A stretch of DNA of 64,000 bases from the human T2T-CHM13v2.0 reference genome, Homo sapiens. Shown here piece after piece: positions 1 to 14,100 of the stretch. The stretch is from assembly GCF_009914755.1 (NCBI RefSeq), contig NC_060938.1; one strand, written 5' to 3'. The position numbers were made by a program, and so were the translations under genes. The notes beneath the pieces are model-generated. The model was given only the letters and a program-made list of their open reading frames with translations. It did no database searches and had not been told where the DNA came from. Positions within the stretch are counted from its first letter, which is position 1, and each line of letters begins with the position of its first letter.

Positions 1-266
1 CTCTGTCTTTCTCTGTCTGTCTGCCTCTCTCTTTCTTTCTCTTTCTGTGTCTCTCTGTCTCTCTCTCTGTGCCTATCTTCTGTCTTACTCTCTTTCTCTG
101 CCTGCCTGCCTGTCTGTCTGTCTGTCTCTCTCTGTCTCTCTCCCTGCCTTTCTGTTTCTCTCTCTCTCCCTCTCTCGCTCTCTCTGTCTTTCTCTCTTTC
201 TCTCTGTTTCTCTGTCTCTCTCTGTCCGTCTCTGTCTTTTTCTGTCTGTCTCTCTCTTTCTTTCTG

Positions 267-299
<33 letters not shown>

Positions 300-395
300 G
301 CTTGTCTCTCTCACTGTGTCTGTCCTCTGTCTTACTCTCCTTCTCTGCCTGTCCGTCTGTCTGTCTGTCTCTCTCTCTCTCCCTCCCTTTCTGTT

Positions 396-438
<43 letters not shown>

Positions 439-1359
439 GTTTCTCTTTCTCTCTCTGTCTGTCTCTGTCTTTCTCTGTCTGTCTCTTTCTCTGTCTGTCT
501 GTCTCCTTCTCTCTGTCTCCGTCTCTGTCTCTCTCTCTCTGTCTCTCTCTCTCTGCCTGTCTCACTGTGTCTGTCTTCTGTCTTATTCTCTTTCTCTGTC
601 TGTCTGTCTCTCTCTCTCCCTTCCTGTCTCTTTCTCTCTCTCTCTCTCTTTCTGTCTGTTTCTCTCTGCCTGTCTCCGTCTTTCTCTGTCTGCCTCTCTC
701 TTTCTTTTTCTGCGTCTCTCTGTCTCTCTCTCTCTGTGCCTATCTTCTGTCTTACTCTGTTTCTCTGCCTGCCTGTCTGTCTGTCTGTCTCTCTCTCTCT
801 CTGTCTCTCTCTCTTTCTGTCTGTTTCTCTCTGTCTCTCTGTCCATCTCTGTCTTTCTCTGTCCGTCTCTCTCTTTCTCCCTGTCTCTGTCTCTGCCTCT
901 GCCTCTCTCTCTCTCTGTCTCTCTCTTTCTATCTGTTTCTCTCTGTCTCTCTGTCCATCTCTGTCTTTCTCTGTCTGTCTCTCTCTTTCTCCCTGTCTCT
1001 GTCTCTGCCTCTCTCTCTCTCTCTCTGTCTGTCTCTCTCACTGTGTGTGTGTCTCTGTCTCTGCCTCTCTCTCTCTCTCTCTCTCTGTCTGTCTCTCTCA
1101 CTGTGTGTGTCTGTCTTCTGTCTTACTCTCCTTCTCTGCCTGTCCGTCTGTCTGTCTGTCTCTCCCTCTCTCTCCCTCCCTTTCTGTTTCTCTCTCTCTC
1201 TCTCTCTCTTTCTGTCTGTTTCTCTCTTTCTCTCTCTGTCTGTCTCTTTCTCTGTCTGTCTGTCTCTCTCTTTCTTTTTCTCTGTCTCTCTGTCTCTCTC
1301 TGTGCCTGTCTCTCTGTCTGTGCCTATCTTCTGTCTTACTCTCTTTCTCTGGCTGACTG

Positions 1360-1402
<43 letters not shown>

Positions 1403-1503
1403 GTCTCCGTCCCTCCCTCCCTGTCTGTCTGTTTCTCTCTCTGTCCATTTCTGTCTGTCTCTTTCTCTTTCTCTCTCTTTCTTTCTCTCTGTCTCTCTCT
1501 GTC

Positions 1504-1552
<49 letters not shown>

Positions 1553-1760
1553 CTCTCTCACTGTGTCGGTCTTCTGTCTTACTCTCTTTCTCTGCCTGCC
1601 TCTCTGTCTGTCTGTCTGTCTCTCTCCCTCCATGTCTCTCTCTCTCTCTCTCTCACTCACTGTCTCTCCGTCTCTCTCTCTTTCTGTCTGTTTCTCTCTG
1701 TCTCTGTCTTTCTGTGTGTCTGTCTGTCTCTCTCTCTATTTGTCTTTCTCCCTCCCTGTC

Positions 1761-1801
<41 letters not shown>

Positions 1802-1875
1802 GTCTGTCTGTTTCTCTCTATCTCTCGCTGTCCATCTCTGTCTTTCTATGTCTGTCTCTTTCTCTGTCAGTCTGT
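1..1875 (+). repeat. CT/CTGT polypyrimidine block
   Basis: (CT)n/(CTGT)n mosaic with a recurring TCTTCTGTCTTACTCT anchor. Confidence 0.95.
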
Positions 1876-2529
1876 CAGACACCCCCGTGCCGGGTAGGGC
1901 CCTGCCCCTTCCACGAAAGTGAGAAGCGCGTGCTTCGGTGCTTAGAGAGGCCGAGAGGAATCTAGACAGGCGGGCCTTGCTGGGCTTCCCCACTCGGTGT
2001 ATGATTTCGGGAGGTCGAGGCCGGGTCCCCGCTTGGATGCGAGGGGCATTTTCAGACTTTTCTCTCGGTCACGTGTGGCGTCCGTACTTCTCCTATTTCC
2101 CCGATAAGCTCCTCGACTTCAACATAAACGGCGTCCTAAGGGTCGATTTAGTGTCATGCCTCTTTCACCGCCACCACCGAAGATGAAAGCAAAGATCGGC
2201 TAAATACCGCGTGTTCTCATCTAGAAGTGGGAACTTACAGATGACAGTTCTTGCATGGGCAGAACGAGGGGGACCGGGGACGCGGAAGCCTGCTTGAGGG
2301 AGGAGGGGTGGAAGGAGAGACAGCTTCAGGAAGAAAACAAAACACGAATACTGTCGGACACAGCACTGACTACCCGGGTGATGAAATCATCTGCACACTG
2401 AACACCCCCGTCACAAGTTTACCTATGTCACAGTCTTGCTCATGTATGCTTGAACGACAAATAAAAGTTCGGGGGGGAGAAGAGAGGAGAGAGAGAGAGA
2501 GACGGGGAGAGAGGGGGGAGGGGGGGGGG

Positions 2530-2578
<49 letters not shown>

Positions 2579-2670
2579 GTAAAACCAACCACCACCTCCT
2601 TGACCTGAGTCAGGGGGTTTCTGGCCTTTTGGGAGAACGTTCAGCGACAATGCAGTATTTGGGCCCGTTC

Positions 2671-2969
2671 TTTTTTTCTTCTTCTTCTTTTCTTTCTTTT
2701 TTTTTGGACTGAGTCTCTCTCGCTCTGTCACCCAGGCTGCGGTGCGGTGGCGCTCTCTCGGCTCACTGAAACCTCTGCTTCCCGGGTTCCAGTGATTCTT
2801 CTTCGGTAGCTGGGATTACAGGTGCGCACCATGACGGCCGGCTCATCGTTCTATTTTTAGTAGAGACGGGGTTTCTCCACGTTGGCCACGCTGGTCTCGA
2901 ACTCCTGACCACAAATGATCCACCTTCCTGGGCCTCCCAAAGTGCTGGAAACGACAGGCCTGAGCCGCC
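2671..2969 (-). mobile_element. Alu (diverged) in long repeat
   Basis: T tail followed by GAGTCTCTCTCGCTCTGTCACCCAGGCTG...CTCCCAAAGTGCTGG. Confidence 0.9.
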
Positions 2970-3239
2970 GGGATTTCAGCCTTTAAAAGCGCGGGCCCTG
3001 CCACCTTTCGCTGCGGCCCTTACGCTCAGAATGACGTGTCCTCTCTGCCATAGGTTGACTCCTTGAGTCCCCTAGGCCATTGCACTGTAGCCTGGGCAGC
3101 AAGAGCCAAACTCCGTCCCCCCACCTCCCCGCGCACATAATAACTAACTAACTAACTAACTAACTAAAATCTCTACACGTCACCCATAAGTGTGTGTTCC
3201 CGTGAGGAGTGATTTCTAAGAAATGGTACTGTACACTGA

Positions 3240-3628
<389 letters not shown>

Positions 3629-3636
3629 CTAGGGCC

Positions 3637-3691
3637 TTCTCTCTGTCTGTTTCTCTCTGTTCGTCTCTGTCTTTCTCTCTGTGTCTCTTTC

Positions 3692-3724
<33 letters not shown>

Positions 3725-4156
3725 TTCTTTCTTTCTGTCTCTGTCTTTGTCCCTCTCTCTCCCTCTCTGCCTGTCTCACTGTGTCTGTCTTCTATCTTAC
3801 TCTCTTTCTCTCCCCGTCTGTCTCTCTCTCACTCCCTCCCTGTCTGTTTCTCTCTCTCTCTCTTTCTGTCTGTTTCTGTCTCTCTCTGTCTGCCTCTCTC
3901 TTTCTCTATCTGTCTCTTTCTCTGTCTGTCTGCCCCTCTCTTTCTTTTTCTGTGTCTCTCTGTCTGTCTCTCTCTCTCTCTGTGCCTATCTTCTGTCTTA
4001 CTCTCTTTCTCTGCCTGTCTGTCTGTCTCTCTCTGTCTCTCCCTCCCTTTCTGCTTCTCTCTCTCTCTCTCTCTCTCCCCCCTCCCTGTCTGTTTCTCTC
4101 TGTCTCCCTCTCTTTCTGTCTGTTTCTCACTGTCTCTCTCTGTCTGTCTGTTTCAT

Positions 4157-4191
<35 letters not shown>

Positions 4192-4291
4192 GTCTCTCCC
4201 TCTCTGTGTGTATCTTTTGTCTTACTCTCCTTCTCTGCCTGTCCGTCTGTCTGTCTGTCTCTCTCTCTCCCTGTCCCTCTCTCTTTCTGTC

Positions 4292-4330
<39 letters not shown>

Positions 4331-4607
4331 GTCTTTCTCTGTCTGTCCCTTTCTCTGTCTGTCTGCCTCTCTCTTTCTCTTTCTGTGTCTCTCTGTCTCT
4401 CTCTCTGTGCCTATCTTCTGTCTTACTCTCTTTCTCTGCCTGTCTATCTGTCTGTCTCTCTCTGTCTCTCTCCCTGCCTTTCTGTTTCTCTCTCTCTCCC
4501 TCTCTCGCTCTCTCTGTCTTTCTCTCTTTCTCTCTGTTTCTCTGTCTCTCTCTGTCCGTCTCTGTCTTTTTCTGTCTGTCTGTCTCTCTCTTTCTTTCTG
4601 TCGTCTG

Positions 4608-4643
<36 letters not shown>

Positions 4644-4834
4644 TCCTTGTCTCTCTCACTGTGTCTGTCTTCTGTCTTACTCTCCTTCTCTGCCTGTCCA
4701 TCTGTCTGTCTGTCTCTCTCTCTCTCTCCCTACCTTTCTGTTTCTCTCTCGCTAGCTCTCTCTCTCTCTGCCTGTTTCTCTCTTTCTCTCTCTGTCTTTC
4801 TCTGTCTGTCTCTTTCTCTGTCTGTCTGTCTCTT

Positions 4835-4879
<45 letters not shown>

Positions 4880-5122
4880 GCCTCTCTCACTGTGTCTGTC
4901 TTCTGTCTTATTCTCTTTCTCTCTCTGTCTCTCTCTCTCTCTCCTTTCCTGTCTGTTTTTCTCTCTCTCTCTCTCTTTCTGCCTGTTTCTCTCTGTCTGT
5001 CTCTGTCTTTCTCTGTCTGTCTGCCTCTCTCTTTCTTTTTCTGCGTCTCTCTGTCTCTCTCTCTCTCTCTCTGTTCCTATCTTCTGTCTTACTCTGTTTC
5101 CTTGCCTGCCTGCCTGTCTGTG

Positions 5123-5160
<38 letters not shown>

Positions 5161-5270
5161 CCTTTCTCTTTCTCTGTCTCTCTCTCTCTTTCTGGGTGTT
5201 TCTCTCTGTCTCTCTGTCCATCTCTGTCTTTCTATGTCTGTCTCTCTCTTTCTCTCTGTCTCTGTCTCTG

Positions 5271-5305
<35 letters not shown>

Positions 5306-6222
5306 GTCTCTCTCACTGTGTGTGTCTGTCTTCTGTCTTACTCTCCTTCTCTGCCTGTCCGTCTGTCTGTCTGTCTCTCCCTCTCTCTCCCTCCCTTTCT
5401 GTTTCTCTCTCTCTCTCTTTCTGTCTGTTTCTCTCTTTCTCTCTCTGTCTGTCTCTTTCTCTGTCTGTCTGTCTCTCTCTTTCTTTTTCTCTGTCTCTCT
5501 GTCTCTCTCTGTGTCTGTCTCTCTGTCTGTGCCTATCTTCTGTCTTACTCTCTTTCTCTGGCTGTCTGCCTGTCTCTCTCTCTCTCTCTGTCTGTCTCCG
5601 TCCCTCTCTCCCTGTCTGTCTGTTTCTCTCTCTGCCTCTCTCTCTCTCTGTCTGTCTCTTTCTCTGTCTGTCTGTCTCTCTCTTTCTTTTTCTCTGTCTC
5701 TCTGTCTCTCTCTGTGTCTGTCTCTCTTTCTGTGCCTATCTTCTGTCTTACTCTCTTTCTCTGGCTGTCTGCCTGTCTCTCTCTCTCTGCCTGTCTCCGT
5801 CCCTCCCTCCCTGTCTGTCTGTTTCTCTCTCTGTCTCTGTCTCTCTGTCCATCTCTGTCTGTCTCTTTCTCTTTCTCTCTCTCTGTCTCTGTCTCTCTCT
5901 CTCTCTGCCTGTCTCTCTCACTGTGTCTGTCTTCTGTCTTACTCTCTTTCTCTGCCTGCCTCTCTGTCTGTCTGTCTCTCTCCCTCCATGTCTCTCTCTC
6001 TCTCTCACTCACTCTCTCTCCGTCTCTCTCTCTTTCTGTCTGTTTCTCTCTCTGTCTGTCTCTCTCCCTCCATGTCTCTCTCTCTCTCTCTCACTCACTC
6101 TCTCTCCGTCTCTCTCTCTCTTTCTGTCTGTTTCTCTCTCTGTCTGTCTCTCTCCCTCCATGTCTCTCTCTCTCCCTCTCACTCACTCTCTCTCCGTCTC
6201 TCTCTCTCTTTCTGTCTGTTTC

Positions 6223-6291
<69 letters not shown>

Positions 6292-6324
6292 GTCTTTCTC
6301 CCTCCCTGTCTGTCTGTCTGTCTC

Positions 6325-6357
<33 letters not shown>

Positions 6358-6437
6358 TTCTCTTTCTGTCTGTTTCTCTCTATCTCTCGCTGTCCATCTC
6401 TGTCTTTCTATGTCTGTCTCTTTCTCTGTCAGTCTGT
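3637..6437 (+). repeat. CT/CTGT polypyrimidine block
   Basis: Same (CT)n/(CTGT)n mosaic and anchor motif. Confidence 0.95.
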
Positions 6438-6697
6438 CAGACACCCCCGTGCCGGGTAGGGCCCTGCCCCTTCCACGAGAGTGAGAAGCGCGTGCTTCGG
6501 TGCTTAGAGAGGCCGAGAGGAATCTAGACAGGCGGGCCTTGCTGGGCTTCCCCACTCGGTGTACGATTTCGGGAGGTCGAGGCCGGGTCCCCGCTTGGAT
6601 GCGAGGGGCATTTTCAGACTTTTCTCTCGGTCACGTGTGGCGTCCGTACTTCTCCTATTTCCCCGATAAGCTCCTCGACTTCAACATAAACTGTTAA

Positions 6698-6910
6698 GGC
6701 CGGACGCAACACGGCGAAACCCCGTCTCTACTAAAAATACAAAGCTGAGTCGGGAGCGGTGGGGCAGGCCCCTGTAATGCCAGCTCCTCGGGAGGCTGAG
6801 GCGGGAGAATCGCTTGAACCAGGGAAGCGGAGGCTGCAGGGAGCCGAGATCGCGCCACTGCACTACGGCCCAGGCTGTAGAGTGAGTGAGACTCGGTCTC
6901 TAAATAAATA
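6698..6910 (+). mobile_element. Alu, left arm largely deleted
   Basis: AAACCCCGTCTCTACTAAAAATACAAA...GGGAGGCTGAGGCGGGAGAATCGCTTGAACC. Confidence 0.88.
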
Positions 6911-6978
6911 CGGAAATTAATTAATTCATTAATTCTTTTCCCTGCTGACGGACATTTGCAGGCAGGCATCGGTTGTCT

Positions 6979-7005
6979 TCGGGCATCACCTAGCGGCCAC
7001 TGTTA
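6979..7005 (-). promoter_or_regulatory. Putative CTCF site
   Basis: Reverse complement TGGCCGCTAGGTGATGC resembles the CTCF consensus; near-identical copy at 17123. Confidence 0.6.
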
Positions 7006-8269
7006 TTGAAAGTCGACGTGACACGGAGGGAGGTCTCGCCGACTTCACCGAGCCTGGGGCAACGGGTTTCTCTCTCTCCCTTCTGGAGGCCCCTCCCTCT
7101 CTCCCTCGTTGCCTAGGGAACCTCGCCTAGGGAACCTCCGCCCTGGCGGGGGCCCTATTGTTCTTTGATCGGCGCTTTACTTTTCTTTGTGTTTTGGCGC
7201 CTAGACTCTTCTACTTGGGCTTTGGGAAGGGTCAGTTTAATTTTCAAGTTGCCCCCCGGCTCCCCCCACTACCCACGTCCCTTCACCTTAATTTAGTGAG
7301 TCGGTTAGGTGGGTTTCCCCCAAACCGCCCCCCCCCCCCCCCCGCCTCCCAACACCCTGCTTGGAAACCTTCCAGAGCCACCCCGGTGTGCCTCCGTCTT
7401 CTCTCCCCTTCCCCCACCCCTTGCCGGCGATCTCATTCTTGCCAGGCTGACATTTGCATCGGTGGGCGTCAGGCCTCACTCGGGGGCCACCGTTTTTGAA
7501 GATGGGGGCGGCACGGTCCCACTTCCCCGGAGGCAGCTTGGGCCGATGGCATAGCCCCTTGACCCGCGTGGGCAAGCGGGCGGGTCTGCAGTTGTGAGGC
7601 TTTTCCCCCCGCTGCTTCCCGCCTCAGGCCTCCCTCCCTAGGAAAGCTTCACCCTGGCTGGGTCTCGGTCACCTTTTATCACGATGTTTTAGTTTCTCCG
7701 CCCTCCGGCCAGCAGAGTTTCACAATGCGAAGGGCGCCACGGCTCTAGTCTGGGCCTTCTCAGTACTTGCCCAAAATAGAAACGCTTTCTGAAAACTAAT
7801 AACTTTGCTCACTTAAGATTTCCAGGGACGGCGCCTTGGCCCGTGTTTGTTGGCTTGTTTTGTTTCGTTCTGTTTTGTTTTGTTCGTGTTTTTCCTTTCT
7901 CGTATGTCTTTCTTTTCAGGTGAAGTAGAAATCCCCAGTTTTCAGGAAGACGTCTATTTTCCCCAAGACACGTTAGCTGCCGTTTTTTCCTGTTGTGAAC
8001 TAGCGCTTTTGTGACTCTCTCAACGTGCAGTGAGAGCCGGTTGATGTTTACTATCCTTCATCATGACATCTTATTTTCTAGAAATCCGTAGGCGAATGCT
8101 GCTGCTGCTCTTGTTGCTGTTGTTGTTGTTGTTGTTGTCGTCGTTGCTGTTGTCGTTGTCGTTGTTGTTGTCGTTGTCGTTGTTTTCAAAGTATACCCCG
8201 GCCACCGTTTATGGGATCAAAAGCATTATAAAATATGTGTGATTATTTCTTGAGCACGCCCTTCCTCCC

Positions 8270-8855
8270 CCTCTCTCTGTCTCTCTGTCTGTCTCTGTCT
8301 CTCTCTTTCTCTGTCTGTCTTCTCTCTCTCTCTCTCTGTGTCTCTCTCTCTCTGCCTGTCTGTTTCTCTCTCTCTGCCTCTCTCTCTCTCTCTCTCTCTG
8401 CCTGTCTCTCTCACTGTGTCTGTCTTCTGTCTTACTCCCTTTCTCTGTCTGTCTGTCGGTCTCTCTCTCTCTCTCTCCCTGTCTGTATGTTTCTCTCTGT
8501 CTCTGTCTCTCTCTCTCTTTCTGTTTCTCTCTCTCCGTCTCTGTCTTTCTCTGACTGTCTCTCTCTTTCCTTCTCTCTGTCTCTCTCTGCCTGTCTCTCT
8601 CACTCTGTCTTCTGTCTTACTCTCTCTCTCTGCCTGCCTGTCTCTCTCACTCTCTCTCTCTGTGTGTCTCTCTCTCTCTTTCTGTTTCTCTCTGTCTCTC
8701 TGTCCGTCTCTGTCTTTCTCTGTCTGTCTCTTTGTCTGTCTGTCTTTGTCTTTCCTTCTCTCTGTCTCTGTCTCTCTCACTGTGTCTGTCTTCTGTCTTA
8801 GTCTCTCTCTCTCTCTCTCCCTGTCTGTCTGTCTCTCTCTCTCTCTCCCCCTGTC

Positions 8856-8898
<43 letters not shown>

Positions 8899-9453
8899 TT
8901 GTCTTTCTTTCTGTCTCTGTCTCTCTCTCTCTCTCTGTGTGTCTGTCTTCTGTCTTACTGTCTTTCTCTGCCTGTCTGTCTGTCTGTCTCTCTCTGTCTG
9001 TCTCTCTCTCTCTCTCCCCCCTGTCGGCTGTTTCTCTGTCTCTGTCTGTGTCTCTCTTTCTGTCTGTTTCTCTCTGTCTGTCTTTCTCTCTCTGTCTCTT
9101 TCTCTCTGTCTCTCTGTCTGTCTCTGTCTCTCTCTCTGTCTCTCTCTCTCTGTGGGGGTGTGTGTGTGTGTGTGTATGTGTGTGTGTGTGTGTGTGTGTG
9201 TCTGCCTTCTGTCTTACTCTCTTTCTCTGCCTGTCTGTCTGCCTGTCTGTTTGTCTCTCTCTCTCTGCCTGTCTCTCTCCCTTCCTGTCTGTTTCTCTCT
9301 CTTTCTGTTTCTCTCTGTCTCTGTCCATCTCTGTCTTTCTCCGTCTGTCTCTTTATCTGTCTCTCTCCGTCTGTCTCTTTATCTGTCTCTCTCTCTCTTT
9401 CTGTCTTTCTCTCTCTGTGTATCGTTGTCTCTCTCTGTCTGTCTCTGTCTCTG

Positions 9454-9486
<33 letters not shown>

Positions 9487-9530
9487 GTCTGTCTGTCCGT
9501 CTGTCTGTCTCGGTCTCTGGCTCTCGCTAT
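8270..9530 (+). repeat. Third CT-rich block with internal (TG)n
   Basis: Same anchor motif; (TG)n at ~9158-9201. Confidence 0.93.
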
Positions 9531-10829
9531 CTCCCGCCCTCTCTTTTTTTGCAAAAGAAGCTCAAGTACATCTAATCTAATCCCTTACCAAGGCCTGAAT
9601 TCTTCACTTCTGACATCCCAGATTTGATCTCCCTACAGAATGCTGTACAGAACTGGCGAGTTGATTTCTGGACTTGGATACCTCATAGAAACTACATATG
9701 AATAAAGATCCAATCCTAAAATCTGGGGTGGCTTCTCCCTCGACTGTCTCGAAAAATCGTACCTCTGTTCCCCTAGGATGCCGGAAGAGTTTTCTCAATG
9801 TGCATCTGCCCGTGTCCTAAGTGATCTGTGACCGAGCCCTGTCCGTCCTGTCTCAAATATGTACGTGCAAACACTTCTCTCCATTTCCACAACTACCCAC
9901 GGCCCCTTGTGGAACCACTGGCTCTTTGAAAAAAATCCCAGAAGTGGTTTTGGCTTTTTGGCTAGGAGGCCTAAGCCTGCTGAGAACTTTCCTGCCCAGG
10001 ATCCTGTGTGACCAAAAGTGCCTCTGCTGGGAGCTGGGATCCTCGGGACCATGCTTGCTAGCGCTGGATGAGTCTCTGGAAGGACGCACGGGACTCCGCA
10101 AAGCTGACCTGTCCCACCGAGGTCAAATGGATACCTCTGCATTGGCCCGAGGCCTCCGAAGTACATCACCGTCACCAACCGTCACCGTCAGCATCCTTGT
10201 GAGCCTGCCCAAGGCCCCGCCTCCGGGGAGACTCTTGGGAGCCCGGCCTTCGTCGGCTAAAGTCCAAAGGGATGGTGACTTCCACCCACAAGGTCCCCAC
10301 TGAACGGCGAAGATGTGGAGCGTAGGTCAGAGAGGGGACCAGGAGGGGAGACGTCCCGACAGGCGACGAGTTCCCAAGGCTCTGGCCACCCCACCCACGC
10401 CCCACGCCCCACGTCCCGGGCACCCGCGGGACACCGCCGCTTTATCCCCTCCTCTGTCCACAGCCAGCCCCACCCCACCACGCAACCCACGCACACACGC
10501 TGGAGGTTCCAAAACCACACGGTGTGACTAGAGCCTGACGGAGCGAGAGCCCATTTCACGAGGTGGGAGGGGTGGGGGTGGGGTGGGTTGGGGGTTGTGG
10601 GGTCTGTGGCGAGCCCGATTCTCCCTCTTGGGTGGCTACAGGCTAGAAATGAATATCGCTTCTTGGGCGGAGGGGCTTCCTTAGGCCATCACCGCTTGCG
10701 GGACTACCTCTCAAACCCTCCCTTGAGGCCACAAAATAGATTCCACCCCACCCATCGACGTTTCCCCCGGGTGCTGGATGTATCCTGTCAAGAGACCTGA
10801 GCCTGACACCGTCGAATTAAACACCTTGA

Positions 10830-11040
<211 letters not shown>

Positions 11041-11112
11041 TCTTTCATTGGTTTTCACTGGAGATTCTAGATTCGAGCCACACCTCATTCCGTGCCACAG
11101 AGAGACTTCTTT

Positions 11113-14100
11113 TTTTTTTTTTTTTTAAGCGCAACGCAACATGTCTGCCTTATTTGAGTGGCTTCCTATATCATTATAATTGTGTTATAGATGAAGAAAC
11201 GGTATTAAACACTGTGCTAATGATAGTGAAAGTGAAGACAAAAGAAAGGCTATCTATTTTGTGGTTAGAATAAAGTTGCTCAGTATTTAGAGCTACCTAA
11301 ATACGTCAGCATTTACACTCTTCCTAGTAAAAGCTGGCCAATCTGAATAATCCTCCTTTAAACAAACACAATTTTTGATAGGGTTAAGATTTTTTTAAGA
11401 ATGCGACTCCTGCAAAATAGCTGAACAGACGATACACATTTAAAAAAATAACAACACAAGGATCAACCAGACTTGGGAAAAAATCGAAAACCACACAAGT
11501 CTTATGAAGAACTGAGTTCTTAAAATAGGACGGAGAACGTAGCTATCGGAAGAGAAGGCAGTATTGGCAAGTTGATTGTTACGTTGGTCAGCAGTAGCTG
11601 GCACTATCTTTTTGGCCATCTTTCGGGCAATGTAACTACTACAGCAAAATGAGATATGATCCATTAAACAACATATTCGCAAATCAAAAAGTGTTTCAGT
11701 AATATAATGCTTCAGATTTAGAAGCAAATCAAATGATAGAACTCCACTGCTGTAATAAGTCACCCCAAAGATCACCGTATCTGACAAAATAACTACCACA
11801 GGGTTATGACTTCAGAATCATACTTTCTCTTGATATTTACTTATGTATGTATTTATTTTTTTTAATTTATTTCTCTTGAGACGGCGTCTCGCTCTGTCGC
11901 CCAGGCTGGAGTGCGATGGTGTGATCTCGGCTCACTGCAACCGCCACCTCCCTGGGTTCAAGCGATTCTCCTGCCTCAGCCTCCCGAGTAGCTGGGACTA
12001 CAGGTGCCCGCCACCACGCCCAGCTAATCTTTATACTTTTAATAGAGACGGGGTTTCACCGTGTCGGCCCGGATGGTCTCGATCTCTTGACCTCGTGACC
12101 CGCCCGCCTCGGCCTCCCAAAGTGCTGGGATGACAGGCGTGAGCCACTGAGCCCGGCCTTCTCTTGACGTTTAAACTATGAAGTCAGTCCAGAGAAACGC
12201 AATAAATGTCAACGGTGAGGATGGTGTTGAGGCAGAAGTAGGACCACACTTTTTCCTATCTTATTCAGTTGATAACAATATGACCTAGGTAGTAATTTCC
12301 TATGTGCCTACTTATACACGAGTACAAAAGAGTAAAACAGAGAGACTGCTAAATTAAAGGGTACGTGAAGTTCTTCATAGTAACTCCGTAAACTGGAACA
12401 CTGTCAAAAAGCAGCAGCTAGTGAATTGTTTCCATGTATTTTTCTATGATCCAATAAGTGAACTATGCTATTCCTTTCCAGTCTCCCAAGCACTTCTTGT
12501 CCCCATCACCACTTCGGTGCTCGAAGAAAAAGTAACAAATCAAGGAACACAACTAAAGAAACACACACACAAACCAAAGACAACTACAGCGTCTGCAAAA
12601 GTTTGCTAGAAGACTGAAACTGTTGAGTATAAGGATCTGGTATTCTACGATCATGAGTTCACTTCAGAGTTTGTTCAAGACATACGTTTCGTAAGGAAAC
12701 ATCTTAGTTAGAAGTTATTCAGCAGTAGGTACCATCCCTAAGTATTTTTCACCAAATTCGTGACAATAAAGAGCTATCTAACCAGAAAAATTAGCGAGTA
12801 CCGGCACCATCCATAGGGCTTTGTCTTTACGCTTCATTAGCACTTACCATGCCTTACAATGTCTAGGATTGACCCTGATAGCATTTCGAAAACAAGCTAA
12901 TGCTTTGTCCAGTTCTTCAGTGAAGACAAGCTCACGCCCTAATGCGCTATAGGCATAAGCATCATTTGGATCCACTTCGAGAGTTCTCTGGAAGAATTGA
13001 ATCGCAATATCGTGTTCCCGTTGCAGACCGAAACAGTTCCCTGCAGCACACCAGGCCTCTGGCTGGCGAATTTTTATCCATGTCTGTGAAGTCTTTGGAC
13101 AGAACTGAAAGAGCAACCTCTTTCGGAGGATGCCAAAGTGTTGTAGAGTAGATCTCCATGCCTTCGACTCTGTAATTCTCAATCCTCCTAACCTCTGAGA
13201 ATTGTCTTTCAGCTTGCGTGGACTCTGAAAGTTTACAATAGGCCCTTCCGATTTGGCACAGTACCCAACCGGTATTGCAGTGGTGAGAAGCTAGATGGCT
13301 CAAGATGCTGATAGCTTCTTTGCCGTGGTAAGAACACAAAGCTAAATAACCTTTCCCCCTTTCACGAAGAAGGCTCATCAAGCCTTCCGCTGCTGCTTTT
13401 TGTAGATTAAAAGCCTGAATCTGAGGCGCGATTGCGGCTATTTTCCCTTCTGAAATGACGGAAGAGTCCAATTTTGTCACTTCCAGGCTATCACTTATGT
13501 TCGGTGGAGTTATTGCTCCTTTATTAGTTTTACTTTTGGTTCTTCTGTTTGGGATTTTAGGTGGAAACTTCATTTTTAATTTTCTCCTATTCTCCTCGGT
13601 TGTGGAGCTGTCACTAGTCAAGAGTCGTGAATTTCTTCGAGGCGGTGCATTTGGGGGAGATGCCATAGTGGGGCTCAATACCTGAGGTGTTGCCCTTGTC
13701 GGCGGACCAGAACTTTGTGTTTTTGCAAGGACTGGAGTTACCTTTCGGCTCTTTCCCCTCTGCGAGAAGACAGACGGTGTTCCGGTTTGGCCGATTCTGG
13801 CAACAGGCTTTTTTGAAGGGGCTCCGGTGGATGGCACGTCAATGACAGACGGTGTCTCATACCAGTGCAGTTTTGTCAATAGGGTCCGTCTCCGGGACTT
13901 GGGGTTTCTAATGGCAAAATGCCAACACTTGGGGTTAATGGACTAACAGCTGCTGGTCCTCCTAATAAACTTCGACCAGTTTTTGGTTTATGTTGAACCT
14001 GTTTAGATCATATGGAAGTTCCTGTTCCCAGTGGGACAGTATCAGGTGAAAGGACAGCTGAATCGATAGAAGACACTGGGGAGTCTGTATTCAAGGAGTA

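Noticed and set aside
11440-11799. 119-aa minus-strand ORF
   Set aside because: No recognisable homology; lies in the putative retained CDC27 intron.
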